From an uncultured Opitutales bacterium (GTDB lineage: Bacteria; Verrucomicrobiota; Verrucomicrobiia; Opitutales; JABDGR01): a stretch of DNA of 44,783 nt. Shown here one piece after another: positions 1 through 10,346 of this stretch. The stretch covers positions 1 through 44,783 of the forward strand of contig CAZDAQ010000003.1 in the NCBI GenBank assembly GCA_964503425.1, in the 5' to 3' direction. Below the pieces are notes generated by a model. It ran no database searches, was not told the origin of the DNA, and saw nothing but the letters and a program-made list of their open reading frames with translations. Position 1 is the stretch's first letter; each line of letters begins with the position of its first letter. A program made the translations under genes and the position numbers.

Positions 1-659
<659 letters not shown>

Positions 660-839
660 GCCCAGGTAAAGCGCCGGTGCTTTCGATAATACACAGCTCC
701 ATCTTGGCAAATTGGATGCCGTTGATTGTAAAACTGTTGGGCTTGGAGGCCGCAGATCAACCAGCGTAAAAGCTCGCTGTCATTTGATTTTGGGAATAAG
801 GTGTTACCCTCATCGCTCCATTTGCAACGGCCTATCCCT

Positions 840-3800
840 ATGAATCATCACAACGTCTGCTCGAACGCTAAATCTTCCTTACCCATCGCTTCAAAGTCCC
901 CCGCCAGCCGGTGCGTCATCGCCGGGTTAAGCGCCCTGTTTTTTGCCCTGGCCGCGCCCAATCTTCCCGCCGCCTCGCAAACCGTCACCGCCGTCTCCGC
1001 CGGAGATAAAAACGGCCTCTTCATCAAGTCCGATTTCACCCTCTGGGGCACCGGTAACAATTACCAGAATCCCGGCACGCTCGGCTTGGGGGCGAACTCC
1101 ACCCTCGTTTACGCCGCCCCCCCCGTCCAAATCCCCGCCGCCGGCCCGGTGGTCTCCGCCGCCACCTCGGGCGGGCACAGCCTCTTTCTCACCAGCAATG
1201 GCACCCTTTACGGGATGGGGGACAACACTTTTGGCCAGCTTGGCCTCGGCAACACAACCACCTTTCTGGATCCCACCCCGATTGCCACCAACGTCGTCGC
1301 TTTCACCACCGGCCCCTACGACACCCTGTTTACTAAGACCGACGGCAGCCTCTGGGGCATGGGCTACAATCAGTTTGGCGAATTGGGCACAGGCGTGGAC
1401 ATGAACAATTCCACCGTCGCCACCAACATCCCCGTCCAAATCCTGCCCTCCGACTCCAATATCGCCGCCATTTCGATGGGCGACATCTACAGCGTCTTCA
1501 TCAAAAACGACCATACGCTGTGGGGCATGGGCGACAATAGCTCCGGCGAACTCGGCCTCGGGAATGCCACTTCTCAGTTCGACACTCCTGTCCAAATTGA
1601 CTCCGGGGTCATCGCCGTCTCCGCCGGCTATAACCACACGCTCTATGTCAAATCCGGCGGCAGCCTCTGGGCCATGGGTGATGAGTTCTTAGGCCAATTG
1701 GGCGATGGCTTCACCATCGGCAACGTCTTCACGCCCGAGGAAATTCTTTCTGCGAACGTCACCGCAGTGTCTGCAAGTCACAGCGGCACCTATTTCAGCC
1801 TTTTCCTCACTGCCAATGGCACCCTCTACGGCATGGGCGATGGTGAATACGGTCAACTCGGTGATGGCGGAGCCATCGGAGGCTATTTCAGCAACATCCC
1901 CGTCGCCATCTCCACCAATGTCACCGCCATCTCTGCCGGCATGTGGCAGACCCTCTATATCGACAAGGCCGGCAACCTCTGGGGCACGGGTCGCAACGCC
2001 GAACGCGAACTTGGCGACCCCCTCGGCGAGGACATCTCCACCCCCGAAATCGTCGTCGGCGTTTCCGCCAACGTCACGAGTCCGGTGGCCAACGCCACGG
2101 TGAGCATCGGCGGCAATGCCACCTTCTCCGCCAGCGTCACCGGCACGGGCCTTGTTTACCAGTGGCAGTTCTCCAACAATGGCGGCTCGTCCTGGAATAA
2201 CTTCTCGGACGGCACAGTTAGCGGGGTCACTTACGCTGGCTCGGTCAGCAGCACTCTGCATATTTCCAATGTTATCATCAACATGAGCGGCCTGATGTTC
2301 CGCTGCCAGGTCACCGCCACGGGCAACGCCGCGATTTTCACCAACGCCGCCACCCTCACCATCCAGGGCGTCGCCCCCAAAATCACCACGCAGCCCGTGA
2401 GCGTTGCCGCCCCTTACGTGCACGCCGAGGCTGACTTCAGCATCATTGCCACCGGCACTCCCACCCCCGCCTTCGTCTGGCAACTCAAGCACGGCACCTC
2501 CTCTACCTTCAGCAATGTGAGCCTGAACGACGGCGTTCACTACCCGCCCAATGGTTTCCCGACGCCCCCGGGGATGATCATCCCGGATGTCACTTCCACC
2601 ATGAACGGCGACCAATACCGCTGCTTCGTTTACAACAGTGCCGGCAACGTCACCAGCAACACGGTCACCCTCACCATTGGCACCACCAAGCCAACCGCCC
2701 CGGCAATCATCACCCAGCCGGCCAACAGCACTGTCATCGCCGGCTCCACCGCCACCTTTACAGTAGCCTACACTGGCACCAGCCCGACATTGCACTGGCA
2801 GCGCGCCGCCGCCGGTAGCACCGTCTTTGCCAATCTGACCGACAACGCCAATATCACCGGCTCGCAAACCTTCCAGCTCAGCGTGGCCAATGCCACCCTC
2901 GTCCAGTCGGGCAGTCTGTATCGCTGCGTGCTGGCCAATAGCGTCAAGTCCGTGACCAGCGCCGCCGCCAAGCTCATCGTCCAGCCCTCCGCGCTCACGG
3001 CCGGCAGCCTCGGCGTCAGCCTCGCCGCCACCCAATCCGACGGCGGCGTGACCTACGTCCTCGCCAACCAGTCTGTCACCTTCAGCGTGAGCGCCACCGG
3101 CCCGGGCACCGTCACTTACCTGTGGTATCAGGGCACCAGCCTCGTCGCCACGACCACGGTGGGCAACTACACCATTAAGAAATTCGTGCAGGCGAATAGC
3201 AGCAATTACTCAGTCACCATCAAAAGCGTCTCGACCATGGGCACCGTAACCCTCACCAAGGGCCCGAGCAACATCCAGCTTGGCATACCCCCGAAGATCC
3301 TGGCTTCGCCCGCTAACCAGACGGTCGGTAGCGGCTCCAGCACCACCTTTACGATCGCCTTCACCGCTGCGCCCTCCACCGTCCAGTGGCAGTCTTCCAC
3401 GGACGGCAAAAACTGGAGCAATCTTGCGAATGGCGGCGCCTACTCCGGTGTGAACACCGGCCAGTTGACCGTCACGGCCAGCCCCTCGCTTTCTGGACTC
3501 AAATATCAGGCGGTCGTCCACAACATTTTCAACACCGCCGTCAGCAAACCCGCCAGCCTCACGGTCACCCCCCCGCCGCCTGCCTTTGTCGGCAATTATG
3601 CAATCACTTCGATGACGCTCAATTACATCGGCAACCACAGCCTGTCCCTCTCGACCGCCGCCCAAAACTTCAGCCTGAGCATCAACTCCACCGGCCTCGC
3701 CGGCGTCTCCACGAAGGTCGCCTCCACCATTCTCAGTTATGTCGGGGCCGGCACTGCCATCACCCTTAAGCCCACGAGCTCCAACACCACCGATTACAGC

Positions 3801-4133
3801 GCGACGCTCTCGGGCAACGCGAATGTCACCATTCTCAGCGTGAGCGACACCGTCACCATCACCAACGGAACCGTGGTGGCGCACCTGACCAACAGCGGCG
3901 TCCTCACCATTGTCGCCAACATCAACGGCACTTCCAAAGTTCTGGGCAAGGTCAGCAACCTTGGCCTGACGATTATCCTGAACAAATCCGTCCCCGCCAT
4001 GGTCAGCCTTTCGCCTGCGGAATCGCAGGCAGTTCAAGTTCGCACCCGGGAAACAGGCGCCGCGCCTGCCTCCCGCTTTATGTTCGCGGCCTGGAGCTCC
4101 CCGCCGATCTTTACGCGACCCTCTCCGTCGTAG
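840..4133 (+). CDS. Secreted surface protein with a 7-blade RCC1-like beta-propeller followed by about 5 Ig-like (I-set-like) domains
   Basis: ATG at 840 is followed by a hydrophobic signal-like segment (CVIAGLSALFFALAAPNLPAAS). There are seven repeats of the form LWGxGxNxxGxLGxG (for example LYGMGDNTFGQLGLGN, LWGMGYNQFGELGTG, LYGMGDGEYGQLGDG). These are followed by repeats carrying W...Y-x-C Ig signatures (VYQWQFSNNGG...MFRCQV; FVWQLKHG...QYRCFV; LHWQRAAAG...LYRCVL). The GTG at 801 is a possible alternative start. Confidence 0.8.
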   Translation: MNHHNVCSNAKSSLPIASKSPASRCVIAGLSALFFALAAPNLPAASQTVTAVSAGDKNGLFIKSDFTLWGTGNNYQNPGTLGLGANSTLVYAAPPVQIPAAGPVVSAATSGGHSLFLTSNGTLYGMGDNTFGQLGLGNTTTFLDPTPIATNVVAFTTGPYDTLFTKTDGSLWGMGYNQFGELGTGVDMNNSTVATNIPVQILPSDSNIAAISMGDIYSVFIKNDHTLWGMGDNSSGELGLGNATSQFDTPVQIDSGVIAVSAGYNHTLYVKSGGSLWAMGDEFLGQLGDGFTIGNVFTPEEILSANVTAVSASHSGTYFSLFLTANGTLYGMGDGEYGQLGDGGAIGGYFSNIPVAISTNVTAISAGMWQTLYIDKAGNLWGTGRNAERELGDPLGEDISTPEIVVGVSANVTSPVANATVSIGGNATFSASVTGTGLVYQWQFSNNGGSSWNNFSDGTVSGVTYAGSVSSTLHISNVIINMSGLMFRCQVTATGNAAIFTNAATLTIQGVAPKITTQPVSVAAPYVHAEADFSIIATGTPTPAFVWQLKHGTSSTFSNVSLNDGVHYPPNGFPTPPGMIIPDVTSTMNGDQYRCFVYNSAGNVTSNTVTLTIGTTKPTAPAIITQPANSTVIAGSTATFTVAYTGTSPTLHWQRAAAGSTVFANLTDNANITGSQTFQLSVANATLVQSGSLYRCVLANSVKSVTSAAAKLIVQPSALTAGSLGVSLAATQSDGGVTYVLANQSVTFSVSATGPGTVTYLWYQGTSLVATTTVGNYTIKKFVQANSSNYSVTIKSVSTMGTVTLTKGPSNIQLGIPPKILASPANQTVGSGSSTTFTIAFTAAPSTVQWQSSTDGKNWSNLANGGAYSGVNTGQLTVTASPSLSGLKYQAVVHNIFNTAVSKPASLTVTPPPPAFVGNYAITSMTLNYIGNHSLSLSTAAQNFSLSINSTGLAGVSTKVASTILSYVGAGTAITLKPTSSNTTDYSATLSGNANVTILSVSDTVTITNGTVVAHLTNSGVLTIVANINGTSKVLGKVSNLGLTIILNKSVPAMVSLSPAESQAVQVRTRETGAAPASRFMFAAWSSPPIFTRPSPS

Positions 4134-4242
4134 CCGCCGCCGTGCCTCCGCTCCGCGCATTAAATTCCCGGGAGCCTTGCGTTGCTTTCGGTGTCAAATG
4201 GTTTGCGCGCCACATTGTCCAGACTAGCGTTTGCGTCTAACC

Positions 4243-5889
4243 ATGACTGTCCGCCTTCTTGCCTGGCTGATTCTCGCCCAACTCGGTGCCACGGGTTTGG
4301 CTGTTGCCCAAAACACCACCCCGGCTAATTCCGCCGATCCCCAGGGCGCCCCCGTAGTGCAATGGTCCGCCACCGGCGGCACGGGCCACTATTATCAGGC
4401 GTTCGCCGCCCCGTCCGGCATCACTTGGGAAACCGCCCAAGGCTTCGCCATCACGCATGGTGGTTACCTCGCCACCGTCGCTTCCGCCGAGGAAAACGCC
4501 TTCGTATTCAACTTGGTAAAAGACCCGCGGTTTTGGGTGAACGATCCGGCAGGGTCCAGCATCGGCCCGTGGCTGGGTGGCTATATCGTTGCTAATGTCC
4601 GCACCCCGTCAAATACCACGTGGCTATGGGTCAAAAATGAAGGTGCATTTACCTACGCAAATTGGGCTCAGTCCCAACCGGATGCCACCGCCGGCAAGCA
4701 GGCGCGCCTGTGCTTTTGGGCGCCCTGGCTTAACCAACCCCAATCCACCTGGGGCAGCCGCCCCGCCAGCCTTTCCAACCATGGCTTTGTCGTGGAATAT
4801 GACACTGCGCCCACGCCGCCAAGCCCGCCGACCACCCCCACCCCTGGCCCGGCCACCGTATCTTCCGGCGCAACTCCGGTCGCCGCCCCGGCCATAACCC
4901 TCGCGGAAGGCGACCCCGCCCCGCCCCTCGCGCCCGGCGCCTGGATCAAGGGCTCCCCTGTCAAGCAGTTCGACAAAGGCAAAATCTACGTGGTGGAATT
5001 CTGGGCCACCTGGTGCGGCCCGTGCAAAATTTCCATCCCGCATTTGACCGAGCTCCAGAAAAAATATCCCGACGTCACCTTCATCGGCCAGGATGTCTCG
5101 GAGCCTGACCAGTCGGCCGTCGCGCCGTTCGTCGCCCAAATGGGCGACCAGATGGACTACCGGGTCGCCGTGGATGACGTCTCCCAGTCTCCCGAGGGCA
5201 AAATGAATACGACCTGGATGGAAGCCGCCGGCCAGAACGGCATCCCCACCGCCTTCCTCGTGGACAAGGACGGCAGGATCGCCTGGATCGGCCACCCCAT
5301 GGAACTGGAGCCGTATCTGCAAAAACTCCTGGCTGGCACGCTCGACACCAAACAAATCGCCGCCGATCGCAAAGCCGAGCGCGAATTCGAGGAAAAAACC
5401 GACGGCCTCATGCAAGGCCGGCAATGGGCCGCCGCCATCCAGGCCACCAAGGACTTTGCGGCGGCGCATCCCGGCATGCTCAACCTGCCCGTCACGCTTG
5501 GCCGCCTCTTTTTGTTCGTGGCTGCGGAAGACCCCGCCGCCACTGAAAAACTCGTTCCCGACATTTACGACTCCCTGAAGGACAACGCGGATGCCCTCAA
5601 TGAAACCGCCTGGCAACTCGCCGGCGATTCCCGCCTGCCCAGCCACAATTATCCGCTGGCCTTGAAATTTGCCACTCGCGCCGTCGCCCTCTCGCAAGGC
5701 CAGGACCCCTCCTCGCTCGACACCCTCGCCCATATCTATTCGCTCCAGGGCGACACCGCCAAAGCCATCCAGTTTGAAACCCAGGCGCTCGACAAGGCGC
5801 CCAACGCGGACATCAAGGCCCAGATCAGTGAAACACTAAAAGAGTTTCAGTTGGCCGCCCAAGCCGCGGCCCAAACCCCCGTCAAGTAA
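4243..5889 (+). CDS. Secreted fusion protein: C-type-lectin-like domain + Pro-rich linker + TlpA/ResA-like thioredoxin (WCGPC) + C-terminal TPR-like region
   Basis: There is a signal-like N-terminus (MTVRLLAWLILAQLGATGLAVAQ). The lectin-like segment is HYYQAFAAPSGITWETAQGFAITHGGYLATVASAEENAFVFNLV...WLWVKNEGAFTYANWAQSQPD...GFVVEY. The thioredoxin motif is IYVVEFWATWCGPCKISIPHLTELQKKYPDVTFIGQDV...GIPTAFLVDKDGRIAW. The C-terminus is helical-repeat-like (LDTLAHIYSLQGDTAKAIQFETQALDKAP). Confidence 0.75.
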   Translation: MTVRLLAWLILAQLGATGLAVAQNTTPANSADPQGAPVVQWSATGGTGHYYQAFAAPSGITWETAQGFAITHGGYLATVASAEENAFVFNLVKDPRFWVNDPAGSSIGPWLGGYIVANVRTPSNTTWLWVKNEGAFTYANWAQSQPDATAGKQARLCFWAPWLNQPQSTWGSRPASLSNHGFVVEYDTAPTPPSPPTTPTPGPATVSSGATPVAAPAITLAEGDPAPPLAPGAWIKGSPVKQFDKGKIYVVEFWATWCGPCKISIPHLTELQKKYPDVTFIGQDVSEPDQSAVAPFVAQMGDQMDYRVAVDDVSQSPEGKMNTTWMEAAGQNGIPTAFLVDKDGRIAWIGHPMELEPYLQKLLAGTLDTKQIAADRKAEREFEEKTDGLMQGRQWAAAIQATKDFAAAHPGMLNLPVTLGRLFLFVAAEDPAATEKLVPDIYDSLKDNADALNETAWQLAGDSRLPSHNYPLALKFATRAVALSQGQDPSSLDTLAHIYSLQGDTAKAIQFETQALDKAPNADIKAQISETLKEFQLAAQAAAQTPVK

Positions 5890-5970
5890 CGCGCCGCGGT
5901 CTGCAAGCCGGGATTGCCCGCCACGCAAGCGAACGTTGCCAGCCGCGCCTTCCCGCCTCACACTGCGGTC

Positions 5971-6474
5971 ATGGATCTATCGTCGAATCCGTTTGCGGTG
6001 CTCACCGTCGTGGCCGCTCCCGCCCTGCTGACCAACTCCGCCTCCCTGCTGGCGCTGAGCACAAGCAACCGCTTCCTGCGCGCCAGCGAGCGCATGCGCT
6101 CGCTCGGCACCCAGCTCGAAGAGCAGGCCCACCCCGCGCATGTGCGGAAGCTTTTGTTCCGGCAGGTCAGCCGCGTGGAACGCCAAAGCATTCTCCTGCT
6201 TAATGCTCTGCGCGCCATCTACGTCGCCATGGCCTGCTTCGCCGGCTCCACCATCATTTCCATTGTCGGCGCCGTGCGCGCCACCTCCCCCTACGCCGTT
6301 GAAGTCGAATTCATCGTCACAATCAGTTTTATCGCCGGCTTTGCCGGTGTCGTCAGCCTGATATACGGCGCTTACGGTTTGTTCCAAGCCACGCGGCTGT
6401 CCCTCCGCAACATCTCCGAGGAAGCCGCCATGCTCCGCGAGCGGCACCCCGAAGCCGAAAACAGCCCGCTTTAG
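5971..6474 (+). CDS. DUF2721-like small membrane protein
   Basis: The protein starts at ATG 5971 (MDLSSNPFAVLTVVAAPALLTNSASLLALSTSNRFLRASERMRSL). A central amphipathic stretch and two C-terminal hydrophobic helices follow. This layout matches what I recall of DUF2721. The family call is from memory and not searched. Confidence 0.55.
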   Translation: MDLSSNPFAVLTVVAAPALLTNSASLLALSTSNRFLRASERMRSLGTQLEEQAHPAHVRKLLFRQVSRVERQSILLLNALRAIYVAMACFAGSTIISIVGAVRATSPYAVEVEFIVTISFIAGFAGVVSLIYGAYGLFQATRLSLRNISEEAAMLRERHPEAENSPL

Positions 6475-6564
6475 CTGTCCACCTTGTCCATCCTGCTGCG
6501 CGGTTAAACTTGACGCCCCGCGTGCGGCTTGCGTCACTTGGGGGATAATCCCCACTTCACTGCT

Positions 6565-7074
6565 ATGCGCTCAATCTCGACTCGCTCCTTGACCCTCCTG
6601 GCGCTCACCGCGCTCTTCGCCTCCGGCTGCACCCATCCGCGCTCGGCGCAGGAAATTGCCGATGCCGGCAGCCTCACCGCCGCCAACCAAAAAGCCGCCC
6701 AGTCCAAGGTCAAAACCGCGCCCACTCCCAGCAGCAGCGTCGTCATCGGCAAAGTCTCCTGGGCCAGCCGGGTCGAAAGCATGGGCGTGATCTCCCTTAC
6801 TGTCCCGCCCTTGCCACCCGGCACCATCCTGCTCGCCCGCACCGGTGCGCTCGCGCCCGTGTGTATCATGGAAACCACACAGACCTCCCGCGGCCATACC
6901 CAGGGCGTCTCGCTTCTCAACGGCGTGCCCAACACCGACGACCAGGTCATCCAGCCCGGCCCCGAATACGATGACCTCATCCGCTCCAACATCAATCTGA
7001 ACAACCGCCACGAAGCAAAAACCGCCTTGCAAGCCGCGGGCAGCGCCGCGCCCACCGTTGTCATCGGTCAGTAG
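6565..7074 (+). CDS. Hypothetical lipoprotein
   Basis: ATG at 6565 gives MRSISTRSLTLLALTALFASGC, a lipobox-like ASGC. The rest has no recognisable domain. Confidence 0.5.
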   Translation: MRSISTRSLTLLALTALFASGCTHPRSAQEIADAGSLTAANQKAAQSKVKTAPTPSSSVVIGKVSWASRVESMGVISLTVPPLPPGTILLARTGALAPVCIMETTQTSRGHTQGVSLLNGVPNTDDQVIQPGPEYDDLIRSNINLNNRHEAKTALQAAGSAAPTVVIGQ

Positions 7075-7130
7075 TTCGCGCGGGAGTAACCAGTTTGACG
7101 TAAAACAAATTCACCATCCAAAACCCCTCC

Positions 7131-7817
7131 ATGAACGATCCCGCTTCCATCAAGCAAAAGAAACACGGATGCTTTTTCTACGGCTGCCTGACCAGCCTGG
7201 TGCTGCTGGTGGTGGCCGGCATCGCGATCTTTTTTGCCGTGCGCTTCGCCTTGCACCAGGCCGATGCCATAATTGTCCAATACACCGACACCACCCCAAT
7301 GACGATTCAGAAAGTGGTCATGCCGGATGCCGACTTGCAGGCCTTGCACGCCCGGGTGGACGCATTCACCGCCGCAATGAACGCCCACCACAACCCGCCG
7401 CCGCTGGAGTTGAACGGCGCGGAGATCACCACCCTGCTGACAAATACTCCGCAAATGCAACCGTTCAAGGACAGCATCTCCATTGCGCTCGATGGCGATG
7501 AAATCAAGGCGCAGCTCAGCCTGCCGCTGGATGCCGTCGCGGTCCAAATTCCGGCGCTCAAAACCCTCGATGTCTCCGGTCGCTACCTGAATGGCAACGG
7601 CACGTTCAAAGCCTCCATCGTCGATGGCAAGTTGTCCGTCTTCACCCAGTCCCTGACGGTGAAGGGCCAGCCCGTGCCAGAAAGCGTCATGGTCACCCTT
7701 CGCCAGCAGAACCTGGCGGATGGTTTTAACCGGGGCGTGAACCCTTCGCCATTCGCCCAGTATGAAAGCATCCAGGTTAAGGACGGGATGGCCATCATCA
7801 CCCCGAAGCCGAACTAA
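7131..7817 (+). CDS. Hypothetical membrane-anchored protein
   Basis: It has a single N-terminal TM helix (CFFYGCLTSLVLLVVAGIAIFFAV). Amino-acid composition is balanced. I recognise no domain. Confidence 0.5.
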   Translation: MNDPASIKQKKHGCFFYGCLTSLVLLVVAGIAIFFAVRFALHQADAIIVQYTDTTPMTIQKVVMPDADLQALHARVDAFTAAMNAHHNPPPLELNGAEITTLLTNTPQMQPFKDSISIALDGDEIKAQLSLPLDAVAVQIPALKTLDVSGRYLNGNGTFKASIVDGKLSVFTQSLTVKGQPVPESVMVTLRQQNLADGFNRGVNPSPFAQYESIQVKDGMAIITPKPN

Positions 7818-7854
7818 CCTGCCTGTAGCTTACTTCACCAACTCCTCGCCAAAC

Positions 7855-7884
7855 TTGCTTGCCTCCGTCGCCCGCTCTTGTAAT
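7855..7884 (+). promoter_or_regulatory. Possible sigma-70-type promoter for tRNA-Lys
   Basis: TTGCTT (7855-7860) is followed by an 18-nt spacer and TGTAAT (7879-7884). The element lies about 70 nt upstream of the tRNA. This is a pattern match only. Confidence 0.3.
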
Positions 7885-7956
7885 GTCTCCCGCTTTGCCG
7901 GATGCCCAAGCGGTTCTTCACCTGCGTTTTCGCAGGTCCCCGCCCCAGCCGGCCAC

Positions 7957-8031
<75 letters not shown>

Positions 8032-8267
8032 CTTTTCCCCCTCCGGGTCTCCTTTCACGGTTGGTCGGGAAAATAGTCACATTTTGACTATTCCTTTACC
8101 AGCCGCGTTCCTTTCCTAAGTCCTTGCTGAAAAACCCCCTAGCCAGGCTATTTTGCCCGGCGGCTACCCCCCGGGTAGTTTGAGAAATTTCCTTCAGCCT
8201 TTGGCTCGCGTTCCCGGCTGTTTTGGCCGATACTATAGCTGTACAACCGATAGTGGAACCAACACCC

Positions 8268-10304
8268 ATGTCTAACCGTCCGCAACTAATTCTGCCCACG
8301 CAGCCACCAGCCCCCCGCTGGCGGCTGTTGGTCTTGGTTGCGTTCCTCCTCGGTGCTTTCCTTGCTCCCGCCTCCGCCCAAACGTGGAACGGCGCCGGCG
8401 CCAATGGCAACTGGACCACCAATGCCAACTGGAACACCGGCTCCGCCCCGTTCTACACCAACAGCCCTTACTTCCCGCTCCCCACGGCCAATGTCACTTT
8501 CGACGGCTCGACCCGCACCACCGTGAACGTGGACGCTGCCCCCACCAATTACCTCAACAGCCTCGCCTTCGCCAGCACCGCCGGAGCCTTCACCTTGAAC
8601 AACGGCACCATCGGCATCGTCGGCAACTTCTCCAGTGCCAGCGCCAACACCGAGACCATCAACTCCAACCTCAGCCTGGTCAACAGCCAGACGTGGAACA
8701 TCTCCGCCGGCAAAGTCGTCCTCAACGGTGTCCTTAGCGACTCGTTCTACATCACCCTCACCAAAAACGGCGCAGGCGAGCTCGATCTCAACGGCGTCAA
8801 CACCTGGACCGGCCCGATTGTCATCAACGGCGGCAATGTCCGCCTCACCAACAGCAGCGCCCTCGGCACCGCCGAATCCGGCAATCAGGTCAACACTGGC
8901 GCCACCCTCGAGCTCAACGGCGGCATCACCGTCACCGAATCCGACTTCACCTTCAGCGGCACCGGCGTCTCGAGCAACGGCGCCCTCTTCAGCTCCGGCG
9001 GAGCTAACACCCTCGGTGGCGCGGTCATCCTCGGCGCGGCCAGCACCATCAACGTCTCCTCCGGCTCGCTCACGCTCAGCGGCTCCCTCCAGTTGCCTTA
9101 CAACCTCACCTGGACCGGCGCGGGCAACGGCAACATCTCCGGCCAGATCTCCGGCGCGGGCCTCTTCGACAAAACCGGCACCGGCACCCTCACCTTCTCC
9201 GGCACCCAGGGCATTACCAACACCCTCGGCCTTCAGATTGACGGTGGCACCGTCATCTTCAACCACAACTCCGGCGCCAACACCTGGAATGGTCCCATCG
9301 TCGTCGGCAACAACACCTCCGCCGTCGGCACCTCCACCCTCCAACTCGCCCAAAACGACCAGATCGCCGACAGCCTCGCCGTCACCGTCAACAACTCCGG
9401 CGTCTTCGACCTCAACGGCAGCAACGAAACCATTGGCTCCCTCGGCATGACCGGCGGCACTGTGCAGAGCGGCGCGGGCACCCTGACCATCGGCTCCGCC
9501 GGCGGCAACTTCACCACCAACGCCTCGGGCAACATCGCCACCGTCACCGGCAACCTCCAGCTCCAGGCCACCACCACCACCTTCACCGTCGCCCGCGGCG
9601 CCGCCGCCACTGACCTCGCCGTCAACGCCGTCGTCTCCGGCTCCAGCAACCTTGTCAAAGCCGGCGCCGGCATCCTGTCCCTCGGTGGCACCGCCGCCAA
9701 CACCTTCACCGGCACCGTCACCGTCAACGCCAGCACCCTCACCCTTTCCAAGACCGCCGGGGTCAATGCCATCGCTGGCTCCGGCATCATCATCAACACC
9801 GGCGGCACGCTCATGCTCGGCGCCAGCAATCAAATCGGTTCCTCCACCACCATGAACCTCGCCGGTGGCACCTTCGCCACCAATGGCTTCTCCGAAGGCT
9901 CCTCCTCCACCGCCGGCCTCGGCACCCTCACCTTGAGTAATAGCTCCACCCTCAACCTCGGCGCCGGCAGCTCCGTCATCGCCTTCGCCGACAGCCACTC
10001 CACCGCTTGGACTGCCGGCCAGTCCCTCTCCGTGACCAACTGGAGCGGCAACCTCACCGGCGGCGGCACCGACCAGCTTTTCTTCGGCTCGTCCAACACC
10101 ACTCTCACCTCCACCCAGTTGTCCGAAATCACCTTCGTCAACCCCTCCGGGCTGGCCGCCGGCAGCTACGGCGCAAAAATTCTCACCTCCGGTGAGATTG
10201 TTCCGTTCTCCGCCGTGCCCGAGCCGTCCACCTACGCCGCCGGCTTTGCCCTCGGCCTCCTCGCCCTCGGCGACCTCTACCGCCGCCGCAAAAAGTCGGC
10301 GTAA
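8268..10304 (+). CDS. PEP-CTERM-anchored surface protein with autotransporter-associated beta-strand repeats
   Basis: It has a signal peptide (RWRLLVLVAFLLGAFLAPASAQ). A TWNGAGANGNWTTNANWN opening is followed by many G/T/N/L-rich repeats (LTKNGAGELDLNGVNTWTGPIVINGGNVRL and similar). The C-terminus is VPEPSTYAAGFALGLLALGDLYRRRKKSA, which is a PEP motif + TM helix + basic tail. Confidence 0.8.
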   Translation: MSNRPQLILPTQPPAPRWRLLVLVAFLLGAFLAPASAQTWNGAGANGNWTTNANWNTGSAPFYTNSPYFPLPTANVTFDGSTRTTVNVDAAPTNYLNSLAFASTAGAFTLNNGTIGIVGNFSSASANTETINSNLSLVNSQTWNISAGKVVLNGVLSDSFYITLTKNGAGELDLNGVNTWTGPIVINGGNVRLTNSSALGTAESGNQVNTGATLELNGGITVTESDFTFSGTGVSSNGALFSSGGANTLGGAVILGAASTINVSSGSLTLSGSLQLPYNLTWTGAGNGNISGQISGAGLFDKTGTGTLTFSGTQGITNTLGLQIDGGTVIFNHNSGANTWNGPIVVGNNTSAVGTSTLQLAQNDQIADSLAVTVNNSGVFDLNGSNETIGSLGMTGGTVQSGAGTLTIGSAGGNFTTNASGNIATVTGNLQLQATTTTFTVARGAAATDLAVNAVVSGSSNLVKAGAGILSLGGTAANTFTGTVTVNASTLTLSKTAGVNAIAGSGIIINTGGTLMLGASNQIGSSTTMNLAGGTFATNGFSEGSSSTAGLGTLTLSNSSTLNLGAGSSVIAFADSHSTAWTAGQSLSVTNWSGNLTGGGTDQLFFGSSNTTLTSTQLSEITFVNPSGLAAGSYGAKILTSGEIVPFSAVPEPSTYAAGFALGLLALGDLYRRRKKSA

Positions 10305-10346
10305 TAATCGCCGCGTACCCGCTGGAAGACCAAAAAGGGTCGGGTT

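Noticed and set aside
801-839. N-terminal extensions offered by the ORF track. Examples are 801 versus 840, 4231 versus 4243, 5914 versus 5971, 6529 versus 6565, 8223 versus 8268 and 11576 versus 11699. Others are 16287 versus 16329, 17724 versus 17823, 22877 versus 22940, 25682 versus 25871, 28834 versus 28930 and 30375 versus 30438. On the minus strand they are 11456 versus 11306, 36390 versus 36087, 37477 versus 37294 and 44251 versus 44194.
   Set aside because: In each case an internal ATG gives a proper signal peptide or the family-typical N-terminus. The extension is either low-complexity sequence or overlaps the neighbouring gene. The starts remain predictions.
10305-10346. Possible bidirectional terminator between the convergent PEP-CTERM gene and the aldo/keto reductase gene (ACCC..GACC-AAAAAG-GGTC-GGGT then TTTA). 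Similar weak hairpins follow rpoD (about 668-684) and sit at the junction of the third repeat protein and obg (about 30955-30990).
   Set aside because: The stems are only 4-5 bp, bulged or with long loops, and lack convincing U-tracts. They are too weak to annotate.
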